From a virus (Duplodnaviria; Caudoviricetes), in IMG/VR virus record IMGVR_UViG_3300036853_000164, positions 1-58,173 of that record: a DNA stretch of 58,173 nucleotides. The stretch is one strand, 5' to 3'. Numbering within the stretch: the stretch's first letter is position 1; every line of letters begins with the position of its first letter. Shown here in pieces: positions 1 to 9,517 of this stretch. The notes beneath the pieces are model-generated. The model worked only from the letters and a program-made list of their open reading frames with translations. It did not search any database and was not told where the DNA came from. The position numbers and the translations under genes were made by a program.

Positions 1-123
1 CTGATCCTCGTGACCACAATAGGAATAGCTCTAATTCTACTCGCGCTTGCACTCGTCTTGAGAAATCAAGCGGCCGAGTTTGAAGGGCCTATTCCCTATT
101 GGTGGCGGCGAAGTCGGCAATAA
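1..123 (+). CDS. Small membrane protein (~40 aa) spanning the circular junction
   Basis: Frame 1 reads (M/L)ILVTTIGIALILLALALVLRNQAAEFEGPIPYWWRRSRQ*; the ATG is present in the right-end copy at 58036, overlapping the upstream TGA. Confidence 0.55.
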   Translation: MILVTTIGIALILLALALVLRNQAAEFEGPIPYWWRRSRQ

Positions 124-139
124 GACCCGATGCGTGAGC
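14..139 (+). repeat. Terminal direct repeat / circular overlap, left copy (126 bp)
   Basis: Identical to 58048-58173. Confidence 0.95.
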
Positions 140-1800
140 GCGTCCGCGACATCATCCGGGTCGGCGACTCGCTGTTCTCCAAGCGCTACCCCGTCATGTC
201 GCTGTGGCAGACCATCGCCGAGAACGTCCACGTCATGCGCGCCGATTTTACGAGACGGCGCTACTTCTCGGAGGAGTTCGGCTCGTACCTTCTGAGCGGG
301 CGGCCGGCGCGCTGCAACCGCGACCTCATGAACGCCTTCTCCTCGATGTTGAGGAGAGATCAGTGGTTCCACGCCCAGACGGATTCCGAGCGTGTCAACG
401 AGGATCGCGACGCCAAGATTTGGCTGGACCGCGCCAGCAAGACCATGCGGCGCGCCATGTACGACCGCCGCGCCGGGTTTGTCCGCGCCACCAAGATTTC
501 CGACGGCGACTTCACGTCGTTCGGCAACGCGGTCATCACCCGCGAGGTGGTCGGCTACGATCATCTGCTCTATCGCAATTGGCATTTGCGCGATGTCGCC
601 TGGGACGAGGCGGTCGACGGCTCGATCAATACGGTGCACTTCGACTGGAAGCCGCAGGCGCGGCAGTTGGTCGAGAAGGCGAAGAAGTGGGACATCTCTC
701 CGAAGGTGATGGAGATCGCCTCGAAGAATGACGAGCAGGGATTTCGCGAGATCAAGTGTCGCCGCATGATCATCCCGGCGGATCAGTATGATCTGCCCGT
801 CAAGGCCGGAAAGCCGTGGGTGTCCGTGTACGTGGACATCGAGAACGAACAGATCATGGAAGAGGTCGCGCTGCGCACCTCTCCCGTGACGATCCCGCGC
901 TGGGAGTTCGGCTCATCCATGTTCGGCGACCAGTACGGCTACTCGCCCTGCGTAGTCTATTCGCTGCCCGATGCACGCATGTACCAGCAGATGATGCTCA
1001 GCATGTTGACGGCATCGGAGATGGCGACCTACCCGCCCATGATCGCCGTGACCGAGGCCATCAACGGCGCCACCAATCTCTACGCCTCCGGCATCACCCA
1101 GGTCGACGCGGACTATGACGAGCGCACCGGCGAAGTGCTGCGGCCGATCAGCCACGACTTTTCCGGCATCAAATTCGGCATGGAGCAGATGGAAAGATTA
1201 GAACAGGCGCTCGATGCGTCGTTCTTCCTCGACAAGATCAGGTTCCCCGAGGTCACCAAGGAAATGACCGCCTATGAAGCGGCGAAATTGTGGGAAAATT
1301 ATCAAAGGGAAACCCTGCCTCTATTCGAGCCGGTCGAGCAGGAATACAACGCGGGCCTGTGCGATGGCACATTCGAGGACTTGCTCAATCTCGGCACGTT
1401 CGGCTCGATCGACGACATGCCGCAGGTATTGCGGGGCCGGGATATCTCCTGGCAATTCGACACGCCGATCACCGTTGCGGTGTCGGCCGGGCTGACCAAG
1501 TCGTTCGAGCAGGTGGTGCAGGTGGTAATCGCAGGTGCCCAGATCCAGCCGACGGTTCGGCTTAATGTGGACTGGGACAAAGCGACGAGGGATGCCATCG
1601 ACGGCACCGGCGCGAAGGCGGAGTGGCTGCTGCCTGAGGATCAGGTCAAGCAACTGGCGGCGCAAGAGCAGCAGCAACAGGCCGCAGCCGCTGCCGCGAA
1701 CCAAGTTGCCCATGGGGCGGACGTCGCGACGCGGGTCGGCAACGCGGCCAAGAGCACTGGCGATGCGATGCAAGCGCTGCAGGGCGCGGGGGTGGGGTAA
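130..1800 (+). CDS. Portal protein (head-tail connector, T7 gp8/Bbp21-like)
   Basis: 556 aa; YGYSP and MTAYE motifs, Q-rich C-terminus; lies downstream of TerL and upstream of scaffold/capsid. Confidence 0.9.
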   Translation: MRERVRDIIRVGDSLFSKRYPVMSLWQTIAENVHVMRADFTRRRYFSEEFGSYLLSGRPARCNRDLMNAFSSMLRRDQWFHAQTDSERVNEDRDAKIWLDRASKTMRRAMYDRRAGFVRATKISDGDFTSFGNAVITREVVGYDHLLYRNWHLRDVAWDEAVDGSINTVHFDWKPQARQLVEKAKKWDISPKVMEIASKNDEQGFREIKCRRMIIPADQYDLPVKAGKPWVSVYVDIENEQIMEEVALRTSPVTIPRWEFGSSMFGDQYGYSPCVVYSLPDARMYQQMMLSMLTASEMATYPPMIAVTEAINGATNLYASGITQVDADYDERTGEVLRPISHDFSGIKFGMEQMERLEQALDASFFLDKIRFPEVTKEMTAYEAAKLWENYQRETLPLFEPVEQEYNAGLCDGTFEDLLNLGTFGSIDDMPQVLRGRDISWQFDTPITVAVSAGLTKSFEQVVQVVIAGAQIQPTVRLNVDWDKATRDAIDGTGAKAEWLLPEDQVKQLAAQEQQQQAAAAAANQVAHGADVATRVGNAAKSTGDAMQALQGAGVG

Positions 1801-2121
1801 TTGCCCGTCCGTAAGCCGCCCTCGGCACGCTGGCCCTGGGACCCCACCGAGTTAGAGCCCCACGAGATCTCCGCCATCAAGTCGATCGCGCACACCATGC
1901 CGATCGCCTGGGGCGCGCTGGAGAAGATCTGCGGCGTCGATGCGATGGAATTCACCGCGGGCGGCGAGGATGGCCGCAGGGCAAGCGACTTCGCGGCGGG
2001 TAAGCGGTTCGTCGGTCGGCTGCTGCGCAACATACGCGACATGAAGATGCCGGGGCCGCGGCCTTCTCCTGGCGATGCCGGGCCGCATGCGGTGCCGAAG
2101 GGCGCGCCGCCGGACCTGTGA
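1801..2121 (+). CDS. Bbp19-like small head-associated protein
   Basis: TTG start abutting the portal stop; 'DFAAGKRFVG' motif typical of the post-portal gene. Confidence 0.65.
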   Translation: MPVRKPPSARWPWDPTELEPHEISAIKSIAHTMPIAWGALEKICGVDAMEFTAGGEDGRRASDFAAGKRFVGRLLRNIRDMKMPGPRPSPGDAGPHAVPKGAPPDL

Positions 2122-2145
2122 ACTTGTGAACATACCATGAGGTGA

Positions 2146-3333
2146 TTGATGCTGCGCAACCGCTTTCTTGGCGGCGTGATGCCGTTTGTGGCCTATGCTC
2201 CGGACGATGGAACGGGGGCGGGCGCTGCAGGAGGGGGCAATGCAGGTATGGGAGGCGATCGTTCTGCTGGTGCCGCTGGTGCTGGCGGGGCCGGCGCTGG
2301 GGATGCTGGTGCTGGCGGGGCGGGTGCATCCGCTGGCGGCACTGGTGGCACTGGTGGCACTGGCGGTGCCGGTAGCGCTGGTGGGAGTGGTGCTGGTGGC
2401 GCGGCGGGCACGACGCTAGCCGGCGGTGCCGACCCTGGCGCCGCAGCTACAGCCGCCGCAACAGCCGCAGCCGCAGCGGCGGCCTCCTCGCGATTCCCCG
2501 ACAACTGGCGCGAGGCCCTTGCCGGCGATGACAAGACGCTGGGCGAACGTCTCAAGCGCTTCGCCTCTCCGAACGACTTGGTCAGATCCTACCGCGAACT
2601 CGAAACCAAGGTCTCGTCCGGCCAGCTCAAGGCGCCGCCCCAGCCGCTCCCGGCAAATGCCACCGACGAGCAGAAGGCCGAATGGCGCAAGACGAACGGG
2701 TTGCCCGAGACACCCGAGGCCTACGTCGAGAAGCTGGCGCTCCCGAACGGCGTGGTGATCGGCGAGGCGGACAAGCCGCTGGTGACCGAGTTCGCCAAGG
2801 ACATGCACGCGGCCGGGGCAACCCAGGAGGAAATGAACCGGGCGATGGCCTCCTACTATCGCCTGCAGGGCGTGGTGGAGGCGCAGCGCGCCGAGGCCGA
2901 TGTGTCAACCCGGGCGACCTCGCAAACCCAACTCATGACCGAGTGGGGCCCGGGCGACTACAAGGTCAACATGAACGCTGTCGGCACGCTGCTCGCCACC
3001 ATGCCGGACGATGTCAAGATCGGGCTACTCGGCGCTCGCACGGCGAGCGGCGAGATGGTCGGGGATACCGTCTGGTTCAACAAGTGGGCCGCCGCACATG
3101 CGCGGGAATTCAATCCGGCCGCCACGTTGATTTCCCCGACGCAGGCCAATGCGCCCCAGGCCATCGCGGACGAGATCAGCGCCATCGAGAAGGTCTACCA
3201 GCGCGCCGTTACTGGCGACCGCGATGCGCACCGGGAATACTACGGCTATGCCGGAAAGCCGGGGCTCGACGCTCGCGAGCGCGAACTGATACACGCGCAG
3301 GAACAGATGAAGGCGCGCGGGCGGGCGGCTTAG
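2146..3333 (+). CDS. Capsid scaffolding/assembly protein
   Basis: Gly/Ala low-complexity N-terminus, 'GLPETPEAY' motif, helical remainder; between portal and capsid. Confidence 0.8.
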   Translation: MMLRNRFLGGVMPFVAYAPDDGTGAGAAGGGNAGMGGDRSAGAAGAGGAGAGDAGAGGAGASAGGTGGTGGTGGAGSAGGSGAGGAAGTTLAGGADPGAAATAAATAAAAAAASSRFPDNWREALAGDDKTLGERLKRFASPNDLVRSYRELETKVSSGQLKAPPQPLPANATDEQKAEWRKTNGLPETPEAYVEKLALPNGVVIGEADKPLVTEFAKDMHAAGATQEEMNRAMASYYRLQGVVEAQRAEADVSTRATSQTQLMTEWGPGDYKVNMNAVGTLLATMPDDVKIGLLGARTASGEMVGDTVWFNKWAAAHAREFNPAATLISPTQANAPQAIADEISAIEKVYQRAVTGDRDAHREYYGYAGKPGLDARERELIHAQEQMKARGRAA

Positions 3334-3683
3334 GACCTTCCATACTTTCGCTGCAGTTCAACAAGCAACGCCAACTCGCTCTGCTCTTTGCGCCACGCCT
3401 TTTCTGTTCTTACCGCGGCCTCCTCCGCTAGGCGGATAATCATCTCCGTCTCAGACTCGGTGCGCTGGTAGGTGACTTCAACGGTCACATAGTCACTCTC
3501 ATACTCGCTCGAAATGCTCAAGGCCGCGGAGTCACGGCATTCGGCCGGTATCCCATCCAATACGTCGGACAATCGTTTGATGGCCTGCGCCAAGGGCACA
3601 TCGAGGCCGCCGTAGTCTTCGTCTGGAAAGATGTCGCCCACATGATGGACTAACGTCTGTCTTTCGGTGGTCACGTCATTCAT
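3330..3683 (-). CDS. Hypothetical protein (antisense moron in the head operon)
   Basis: 117 aa, upstream AAGGGG RBS, lower GC than flanks. Confidence 0.65.
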   Translation of the reverse strand: MNDVTTERQTLVHHVGDIFPDEDYGGLDVPLAQAIKRLSDVLDGIPAECRDSAALSISSEYESDYVTVEVTYQRTESETEMIIRLAEEAAVRTEKAWRKEQSELALLVELQRKYGRS

Positions 3684-3700
3684 CCCCTTTCCGCGTTAAC

Positions 3701-3830
3701 CCGGACAACCCGCTCAAGCGGCCCCGGCGCAGCGCACTCACCCGCCAACGTAACGCCCCGCAGCACAATACGCAGGCCCGGCGCAAGCCGGCAACCCTCG
3801 CGCACGCGCACGCGGACAACCCGATCGGAG
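3701..3830 (+). ncRNA. Candidate structured cis-regulatory RNA in the major capsid leader
   Basis: Three RCAAC/CC internal-loop stems and a GCAA tetraloop hairpin at 3777-3791. Confidence 0.45.
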
Positions 3831-3861
3831 GCACGTCGATGCTCACCTATGGAGCAACAAC

Positions 3862-4707
3862 GTGGCAGATACCGCCTTCATGGTCCAATACCGAAAGGAA
3901 GCCATCATGGGCTTCGAATTCGGTCAATCGGACCTGCGGACGAGCGTCACCACCGAAGCCGTAATCAAGGGCAACCAGGCAACCTTCCTTGTAGCGGACT
4001 CCGGCGGCGCTTCCGCCTCCTCGCGCGGCGTGAACGGGCTCATCCCCGCACGCGCTGACGACCTCAACCAGTTCACCGCCACCTTGGTCGAGTGGCACGA
4101 CCTCGTGCGACGCACGAGCTTCAACATTTTCGCATCGCAAGGCGATGGCCGCCGCATCATGCAGGCGACCACGCGCAAGGTGCTCAACCGCAAGACCGAT
4201 CTCGACATCATGTCGGCCTTGCAGACCGGCACCAGCTACATCGGCACCTCAGCGGTGACGATGACCTTGGCACTCTTTGTGCGCGCCAAGGTGGCGCTCG
4301 GCGTCAACCAGGTCCCGGTCGAAGAAATGGACAACATGTTCGCGGTTATCTCGCCCGCGGCCATGGGCTATCTGGAGCAGATCAAGGAATTCAACAACGC
4401 GAATTTCGTGGATGTGAAGACCTTGAACGGACCGGCGCGCCGGTTCCGTCGCTGGGCCGGCTTCAATATAATCGAGCACCCGCTCGTTCCCGGCGTCGGC
4501 ACCAGCTCCGAAACCCTGTTCTTCTATCACCGCGACGCCATCGGCCACGCGGTCAACACCGGCGAAATGCAAGCCCTCGCCGGCTACCACGAAGAACAGG
4601 ATTACTCCTGGGCTCGCACCTCCGCGTTCATGGGCTCGACCCTCCTGCAGAACAGAGGCGTGATCCTCTGCCGGCACGACGGCTCCGGCTATGCGACCAC
4701 GGCATAA
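3862..4707 (+). CDS. Major capsid protein
   Basis: 281 aa, GTG start after GGAG; 'RKTDLDI' and 'RWAGFNII' motifs of BPP-1-like capsids; follows scaffold. Confidence 0.9.
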   Translation: MADTAFMVQYRKEAIMGFEFGQSDLRTSVTTEAVIKGNQATFLVADSGGASASSRGVNGLIPARADDLNQFTATLVEWHDLVRRTSFNIFASQGDGRRIMQATTRKVLNRKTDLDIMSALQTGTSYIGTSAVTMTLALFVRAKVALGVNQVPVEEMDNMFAVISPAAMGYLEQIKEFNNANFVDVKTLNGPARRFRRWAGFNIIEHPLVPGVGTSSETLFFYHRDAIGHAVNTGEMQALAGYHEEQDYSWARTSAFMGSTLLQNRGVILCRHDGSGYATTA

Positions 4708-4722
4708 GGGAGGGCATGAAAA

Positions 4723-6132
4723 ATGGCATACGTATCAGGCTCTCTCTCCATGATCCTCGACGACGTCGAGAGCAGCATTACCTACTGGACCTATTACACC
4801 GCTGACAGCTTCGCCCAGGTCGGCGCAGCGAACTACATCACCGACGCCACCACGAAGAGGATGGCTGTCGGCGATATCGTCGATGTGTGGTCCGGCACGC
4901 TCACGAACTTCTCGGCCTCGACCGGCGGCCAGACCCTCGGCGGAGCGACCTTCAGCCCGACCGTCGGCATTACGGCGCGGTTCTCCTCGGTCCCGGCGTG
5001 GGGCCGATTCATGGTGACCGCGGTCGGTGCCGGGACCACGACCTCGGCTGGCGCTGCCACGCTTACCCAGATCGAGCTGCCGTCCAGCGCCCTTGGTACT
5101 GCGCCGCGCAACCTGATCCAGGCGGGCGACTTCACGACCAACCCGTGGCAGGCGGGAACCTCGTTCAACGGCAGTTCGCTAACCCCAGCGATCACCGCTG
5201 ACAGGTGGGTTGCAAACGCGGCCACGTCGACAGTCTGGACCGCGGGCCGTACCGCCAACACCACCGTGCCGGGATTCTCGACGGCGTATGTGTGGGGCCG
5301 GTCGGCAGGCGACACGCATACCACCGGCCTCTCGTTCGGCCAGGTGATCGAGACCGCGAACTCAGTCCGCGTTCAAGGTCTCCCGGTGGCGCTGTCGTTC
5401 TGGGCTGTGGCTAACGCAAACTTCGCGGCCGGCGCAAATGGCGGCACGCTCATCGCTTCGATCGTGTCGGGCGCTGGTAGCGTCGATGACACCTCGGGCA
5501 AAATGTTCTCGTCCGCGTGGACGGGAATGACGACCGTCGCGACGCAGACGATCACCCCGACGACCACGGTCCAGCGCTTTGGACCGATTGGCGGCGTGGT
5601 GCCGACCGGCTGCACGCAGCTCGGCGTGGTGTTCTCGTACTCGGCCACCACGGCGGCGACTTCTCCCGGCATCACCGCAGGCGCCAATGAAAGCGTTCAG
5701 TTCATGGGCATGCAGCTCGAGGCCGGCGGCATGTCTCCGTTCGAGCATCTGGACATGGCCCAGGTCGTGGAAACGGCGACCCGGTATCTCCAGGTCTGGA
5801 ACGAGCCAACGGCGGGCATCGCGGTCGGCCCGGCCGGCTTCTCGGCCGCTTCGATCGCGCTCGTCCACGTCCCGATCGTGACGCCGCTGCGCAAGTCTCC
5901 GACCGTGACGTTCAACACGGGCGGATGGGCAGTGACGGACCAGGGTCAGACTACCCACCGCGTTTCGGCGGGCGGCCTGCAAGGCGCCGTCACGTCAGGG
6001 GCCGGAGCATCATCGATGACGCTGCTGGTCACCTGCGCCGGCACGTTCTCGGCCGGTAACAGCGCGTCGCCGCTGTTCCTGCAAGGGCAGTCGACGGGCC
6101 TCGGCTCGATCGTCGCCAACGCTGACTACTAA
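4723..6132 (+). CDS. Ser/Thr/Gly-rich capsid decoration/fibre protein with a carbohydrate-binding-like domain
   Basis: Immediately after the MCP and before a terminator; 'RNLIQAGDF..NPWQ..ADRW' and 'QLEAG..SPFEH' fibre/CBM-like motifs. Confidence 0.65.
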   Translation: MAYVSGSLSMILDDVESSITYWTYYTADSFAQVGAANYITDATTKRMAVGDIVDVWSGTLTNFSASTGGQTLGGATFSPTVGITARFSSVPAWGRFMVTAVGAGTTTSAGAATLTQIELPSSALGTAPRNLIQAGDFTTNPWQAGTSFNGSSLTPAITADRWVANAATSTVWTAGRTANTTVPGFSTAYVWGRSAGDTHTTGLSFGQVIETANSVRVQGLPVALSFWAVANANFAAGANGGTLIASIVSGAGSVDDTSGKMFSSAWTGMTTVATQTITPTTTVQRFGPIGGVVPTGCTQLGVVFSYSATTAATSPGITAGANESVQFMGMQLEAGGMSPFEHLDMAQVVETATRYLQVWNEPTAGIAVGPAGFSAASIALVHVPIVTPLRKSPTVTFNTGGWAVTDQGQTTHRVSAGGLQGAVTSGAGASSMTLLVTCAGTFSAGNSASPLFLQGQSTGLGSIVANADY

Positions 6133-6141
6133 GCAACCAAT

Positions 6142-6171
6142 GCCCCGAGGGATATGTCCCTCGGGGTTTTC
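6142..6171 (+). terminator. Rho-independent terminator
   Basis: GCCCCGAGGGA-TATG-TCCCTCGGGGT followed by TTT. Confidence 0.85.
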
Positions 6172-6188
6172 TCCAATCTGAGGGGCTC

Positions 6189-8348
6189 ATGAACATCGAA
6201 GTTCCAGAACAGGTCAGACTCAATGCGTCCCGGATCAATAACGTTGCACTCCAGAAAGCTGTACAGGAGAGCGTTCGCGACGGGACGAAGGTGTTGCGCA
6301 CGGCGATCGCCGAGCTGCGCCTGGCGGTGGCGACCAATCCGCTCGACCTCGGCATCAGGATGAACCTCGCCACGTATCTGCATGAGATTTGCGATCTCGA
6401 TGGCGCGGAAGCGATTTGCAGTTTCGTGCTCAAACACGATGAGCGTTGCCTGGCCGCATGGCAGATCATGGGCTCAATCCACGCGATGCGCGGCCGGCTA
6501 TCCGACTCGATCGCTTGCAACCAGCGCTGCTATGATATCGACCCGTCCAGCGGCTCCGCCTGCTGGGGCCTCACCGAGGCTCATCTGCGCGCGGGGGACT
6601 GGGCAGCCGGCCTGCCGCTTTACGAGCGCAGAGACGAGATTCTCCCGAGGGTCACCCTCATTCCGAATGCGCCGCGCTGGGACGGTTCGAAGACCGGGCA
6701 CCTCGCGGTATGGCCCGACCAAGGCTTCGGCGATAGCCTGATATTCGCGAGGTTCCTGCCGTGGGCGCGGGAGCGCTGTGACAAGCTGACGGTGATGGTC
6801 GCCCCGGAAATGCTGCCGCTGATGGGTGGCTTCATGGACCTCGCCACCGTGAAAACAGGGGTGAGTCTCGATGACCACTACGACCATCAAATTCGTATCA
6901 GCAGCCTGCCGTTGGTCTATGGACTGACGCCGGACAACATCCCGCCCGACCCCGGCCTCGTCACCGCCGCAGAGTTCACCGGCCATCTTGACGGCGACTT
7001 CAAGATCGGCATCGCATGGCAGGGCAACCCCAAATTCCCTGCCGATCGGCTGCGCTCTATTCCGTTCGCCGAGTTTCTGCCGTTCGGCTCCGACCCGCGC
7101 AATACGCTCTACAGCCTGCAGGTGGGCCCGGCGGCAAAGGATATTGCCCTGCATGAGGCGCAATCGCTCGTGCGGGACATGTCTGGCGTTCTCGCGGGCG
7201 ACTGGGCGCGCACCGCGGCGATCGTCAAGCAGCTCGACTTGGTGGTTTCGTCCTGCACGGCGGTCGTGCATCTGGCCGGTTCGCTGGGCGTCCGCTGCTT
7301 CGTGATGCTGCCGGCCGCTGCGGATTGGCGCTGGCTGTCTGGCCGCGACGACACGCCCTGGTATCCCCATACAAGGCTATTCCGACAAACCACGCCGGGC
7401 GATTGGTCGGGCGTCGTCAAGCGCGTGCAGGTCGCCATCGACCAGTTTCACGAGCAGCGCAATATGACGCGGCTGCTCAACAAGCAGATCAGCAGCATCG
7501 TCCCGTTCAATCCCAAGACCATGGTCGACATGCGGGCTCCCGGCACAATCGACGAGAAGGAGCCGGACGTCGCCAGGGCCATGCGGAAGATCCTGCGGCC
7601 GGGCGACACGTTCATCGATGTGGGCGCAAACGTCGGGATGCACACCGCGCTGGCGGCCGAACTAGTCGGCATCGACGGCAAGGTGATCGCGGTCGAGCCG
7701 GGCGAGAATGCGTTGCCTGAGTTGCGCCGGAAATGCGAGGGCCTGCCTCAGGTCTACATCATACAGAATCCTGCCTGGTCCCTTATCGGCGACGTCGAGT
7801 TCTATCTCTGCGCCGACGGCTCCGGGGGAAATGCGGTGTGGGATCCCGGCAAATTCCCAATCAATCATCAGACGCGGGCAAATCCGAGCATGAAGGTCAT
7901 GCGGGCGACGACGCTCGATGCCGTGTGCGCCAGACACGCGCCGCGCCTGATCAAAATCGACACCGAGGGCGCCGAGCAGCGCATTCTCGAAGGCGCGTCC
8001 GATCTATTGAGCGGGCCGCGCGCCCCGCCCTTCATCATCGCCGAGTTCCACGAGTTCGGCCTGCGCGAACTGGGCTGCAGTTTCGACAGCCTCCGCGACC
8101 TGATGGGAAGGCATGGCTATCAGACCTTCCATCTGTTCCCCGACGGCTCGCGCCCTTGGCGGGTGCCCGACGGGGAGCGGCTGCGTGCCCCGAAGGAATT
8201 CATCATCAATCTGCTGTTCTCCACCGAGGCCGAGGTCAATGCGCTCTGGACCGAGGCGCCGTCCGGCGATTACCGGACGGTGTACGGGTTCCGGATCGTT
8301 TCGGAGCCGATCGAGGACCACGTCAAGCAGTGGGCGGGGGCTGCATGA
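6189..8348 (+). CDS. TPR + glycosyltransferase family 9-like + FkbM methyltransferase fusion
   Basis: N-terminal TPR helices; 'DQGFGDSLIFARF', 'IGIAWQGNP', 'LDLVVS.CTAVVHLAGSLG', 'WRW..TPWYP'; C-terminal 'FIDVGANVG' and 'IKIDTEGAE'. Confidence 0.85.
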   Translation: MNIEVPEQVRLNASRINNVALQKAVQESVRDGTKVLRTAIAELRLAVATNPLDLGIRMNLATYLHEICDLDGAEAICSFVLKHDERCLAAWQIMGSIHAMRGRLSDSIACNQRCYDIDPSSGSACWGLTEAHLRAGDWAAGLPLYERRDEILPRVTLIPNAPRWDGSKTGHLAVWPDQGFGDSLIFARFLPWARERCDKLTVMVAPEMLPLMGGFMDLATVKTGVSLDDHYDHQIRISSLPLVYGLTPDNIPPDPGLVTAAEFTGHLDGDFKIGIAWQGNPKFPADRLRSIPFAEFLPFGSDPRNTLYSLQVGPAAKDIALHEAQSLVRDMSGVLAGDWARTAAIVKQLDLVVSSCTAVVHLAGSLGVRCFVMLPAAADWRWLSGRDDTPWYPHTRLFRQTTPGDWSGVVKRVQVAIDQFHEQRNMTRLLNKQISSIVPFNPKTMVDMRAPGTIDEKEPDVARAMRKILRPGDTFIDVGANVGMHTALAAELVGIDGKVIAVEPGENALPELRRKCEGLPQVYIIQNPAWSLIGDVEFYLCADGSGGNAVWDPGKFPINHQTRANPSMKVMRATTLDAVCARHAPRLIKIDTEGAEQRILEGASDLLSGPRAPPFIIAEFHEFGLRELGCSFDSLRDLMGRHGYQTFHLFPDGSRPWRVPDGERLRAPKEFIINLLFSTEAEVNALWTEAPSGDYRTVYGFRIVSEPIEDHVKQWAGAA

Positions 8349-9517
8349 GGATCGCCCTCGACTGGCAGATTTCTAGTTGGTTTGGATGGGGCGTTTATGG
8401 ATTGAACCTCGCCCTTGAGTGGGCGCACGATCCAGAGATTGAGGCGAGCGGCGAAATCCGCAACCTCGAAGACATTGTCATTACTGACAAGGATGGAAGG
8501 GTCGTCATCGACGAAGTCACCGGCAAGATCAAGATAGAGAAAGCGAGCATCGTCGTCGACAGGATGCGCCGCCGCGCGCTGATCCCGTTCGTGCAGCGCA
8601 GCCTCAAGCACGTTCCGCCTGAAGCTGTCTTGATCCAAAATCTCGGCAACGAGCTGCGCAGTCACCACGATCGCAAGCCTGGCGGCATCGGCGCGATCTT
8701 CTTCGAGCAGCCGCTCTCGGCCGAGGCCGTGGAGAAGGCGAAGCGGTACGACGTGATCGTTGCCGGCTCCACTTGGAATGCCGAGGTACTCAAAGGACAT
8801 TGTCTCGACAATGTCGTGACGATCTTCCAGGGCGTCGACCGCAGCCTGTTTCACCCGGCGCCAAAGCGCGGGCTCTATCCTGGCAGGTTCCTGATCTTCA
8901 GCGGGGGCAAGGCCGAGCCGCGCAAGGGGCAGGATCTCGTCGCCAAGGCGTTCCGCGTCTTCGCCGAGCGGCACAAGGATGCTATGCTGGTGACGGCGTG
9001 GCATTCACCATGGCCCGAGTTGCGCAACGGCATGGACCTCGACTTTAGCGACCTCGCCGACCGGGTGATCGATGTGGGCGCCGTGCCCAACGGCCAGATG
9101 GCGCCGATCTATCGCGAGTGCAATGTGGCGCTGTTTCCGAACCGCGCGGAAGGCGGGACGAACCTCGTGGCGATGGAGTGCATTGCGTGCGGGGTGCCGA
9201 CGATCGTGTCGCGTAACACCGGCCATCGCGATCTCGATATACCAGGCACGCTGTTCCTAGAGTACCAACGCCCCCCGGCGGGACAGTGGACTGAGTGGGG
9301 CGAGAGCAGCGTCGCCGAGATCGTCACGGCGCTGGAGGTGGCATACCGCAACAGCTATCCGCGCATCCGTGCGATGAAGCACTACGACCCGCTCGACGGC
9401 AGGTTCCTGTGGGAAGACGCGGCCTCCGAGCTCGCCGCCATCGCCAAGCAACACCAACCGAGGACACATCATGTCGAAGGTCGAAAAGACCGCCACGTCG
9501 AGCACCATGCCGTCTGA
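8345..9517 (+). CDS. Glycosyltransferase family 4 (GT-B fold)
   Basis: ATGA overlap with the upstream gene; 'GVDRSLFHP', 'RKGQD' and the EX7E motif 'EGGTNLVAME'. Confidence 0.85.
   Translation: MRIALDWQISSWFGWGVYGLNLALEWAHDPEIEASGEIRNLEDIVITDKDGRVVIDEVTGKIKIEKASIVVDRMRRRALIPFVQRSLKHVPPEAVLIQNLGNELRSHHDRKPGGIGAIFFEQPLSAEAVEKAKRYDVIVAGSTWNAEVLKGHCLDNVVTIFQGVDRSLFHPAPKRGLYPGRFLIFSGGKAEPRKGQDLVAKAFRVFAERHKDAMLVTAWHSPWPELRNGMDLDFSDLADRVIDVGAVPNGQMAPIYRECNVALFPNRAEGGTNLVAMECIACGVPTIVSRNTGHRDLDIPGTLFLEYQRPPAGQWTEWGESSVAEIVTALEVAYRNSYPRIRAMKHYDPLDGRFLWEDAASELAAIAKQHQPRTHHVEGRKDRHVEHHAV

Noticed and set aside
2210-2490. Gly/Ala tandem repeats (GGCACTGGT-like x3) as a separate repeat element
   Set aside because: Low-complexity coding sequence of the scaffold N-terminus
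4705-4725. Stop-codon read-through fusing MCP to the in-frame downstream protein
   Set aside because: A second in-frame stop (TGA 4717-4719) intervenes and the downstream gene has its own RBS
7733-8344. 594-aa ORF with a long N-terminal extension
   Set aside because: The extension is an off-frame shadow of the FkbM domain; the real start is the coupled ATG at 8345
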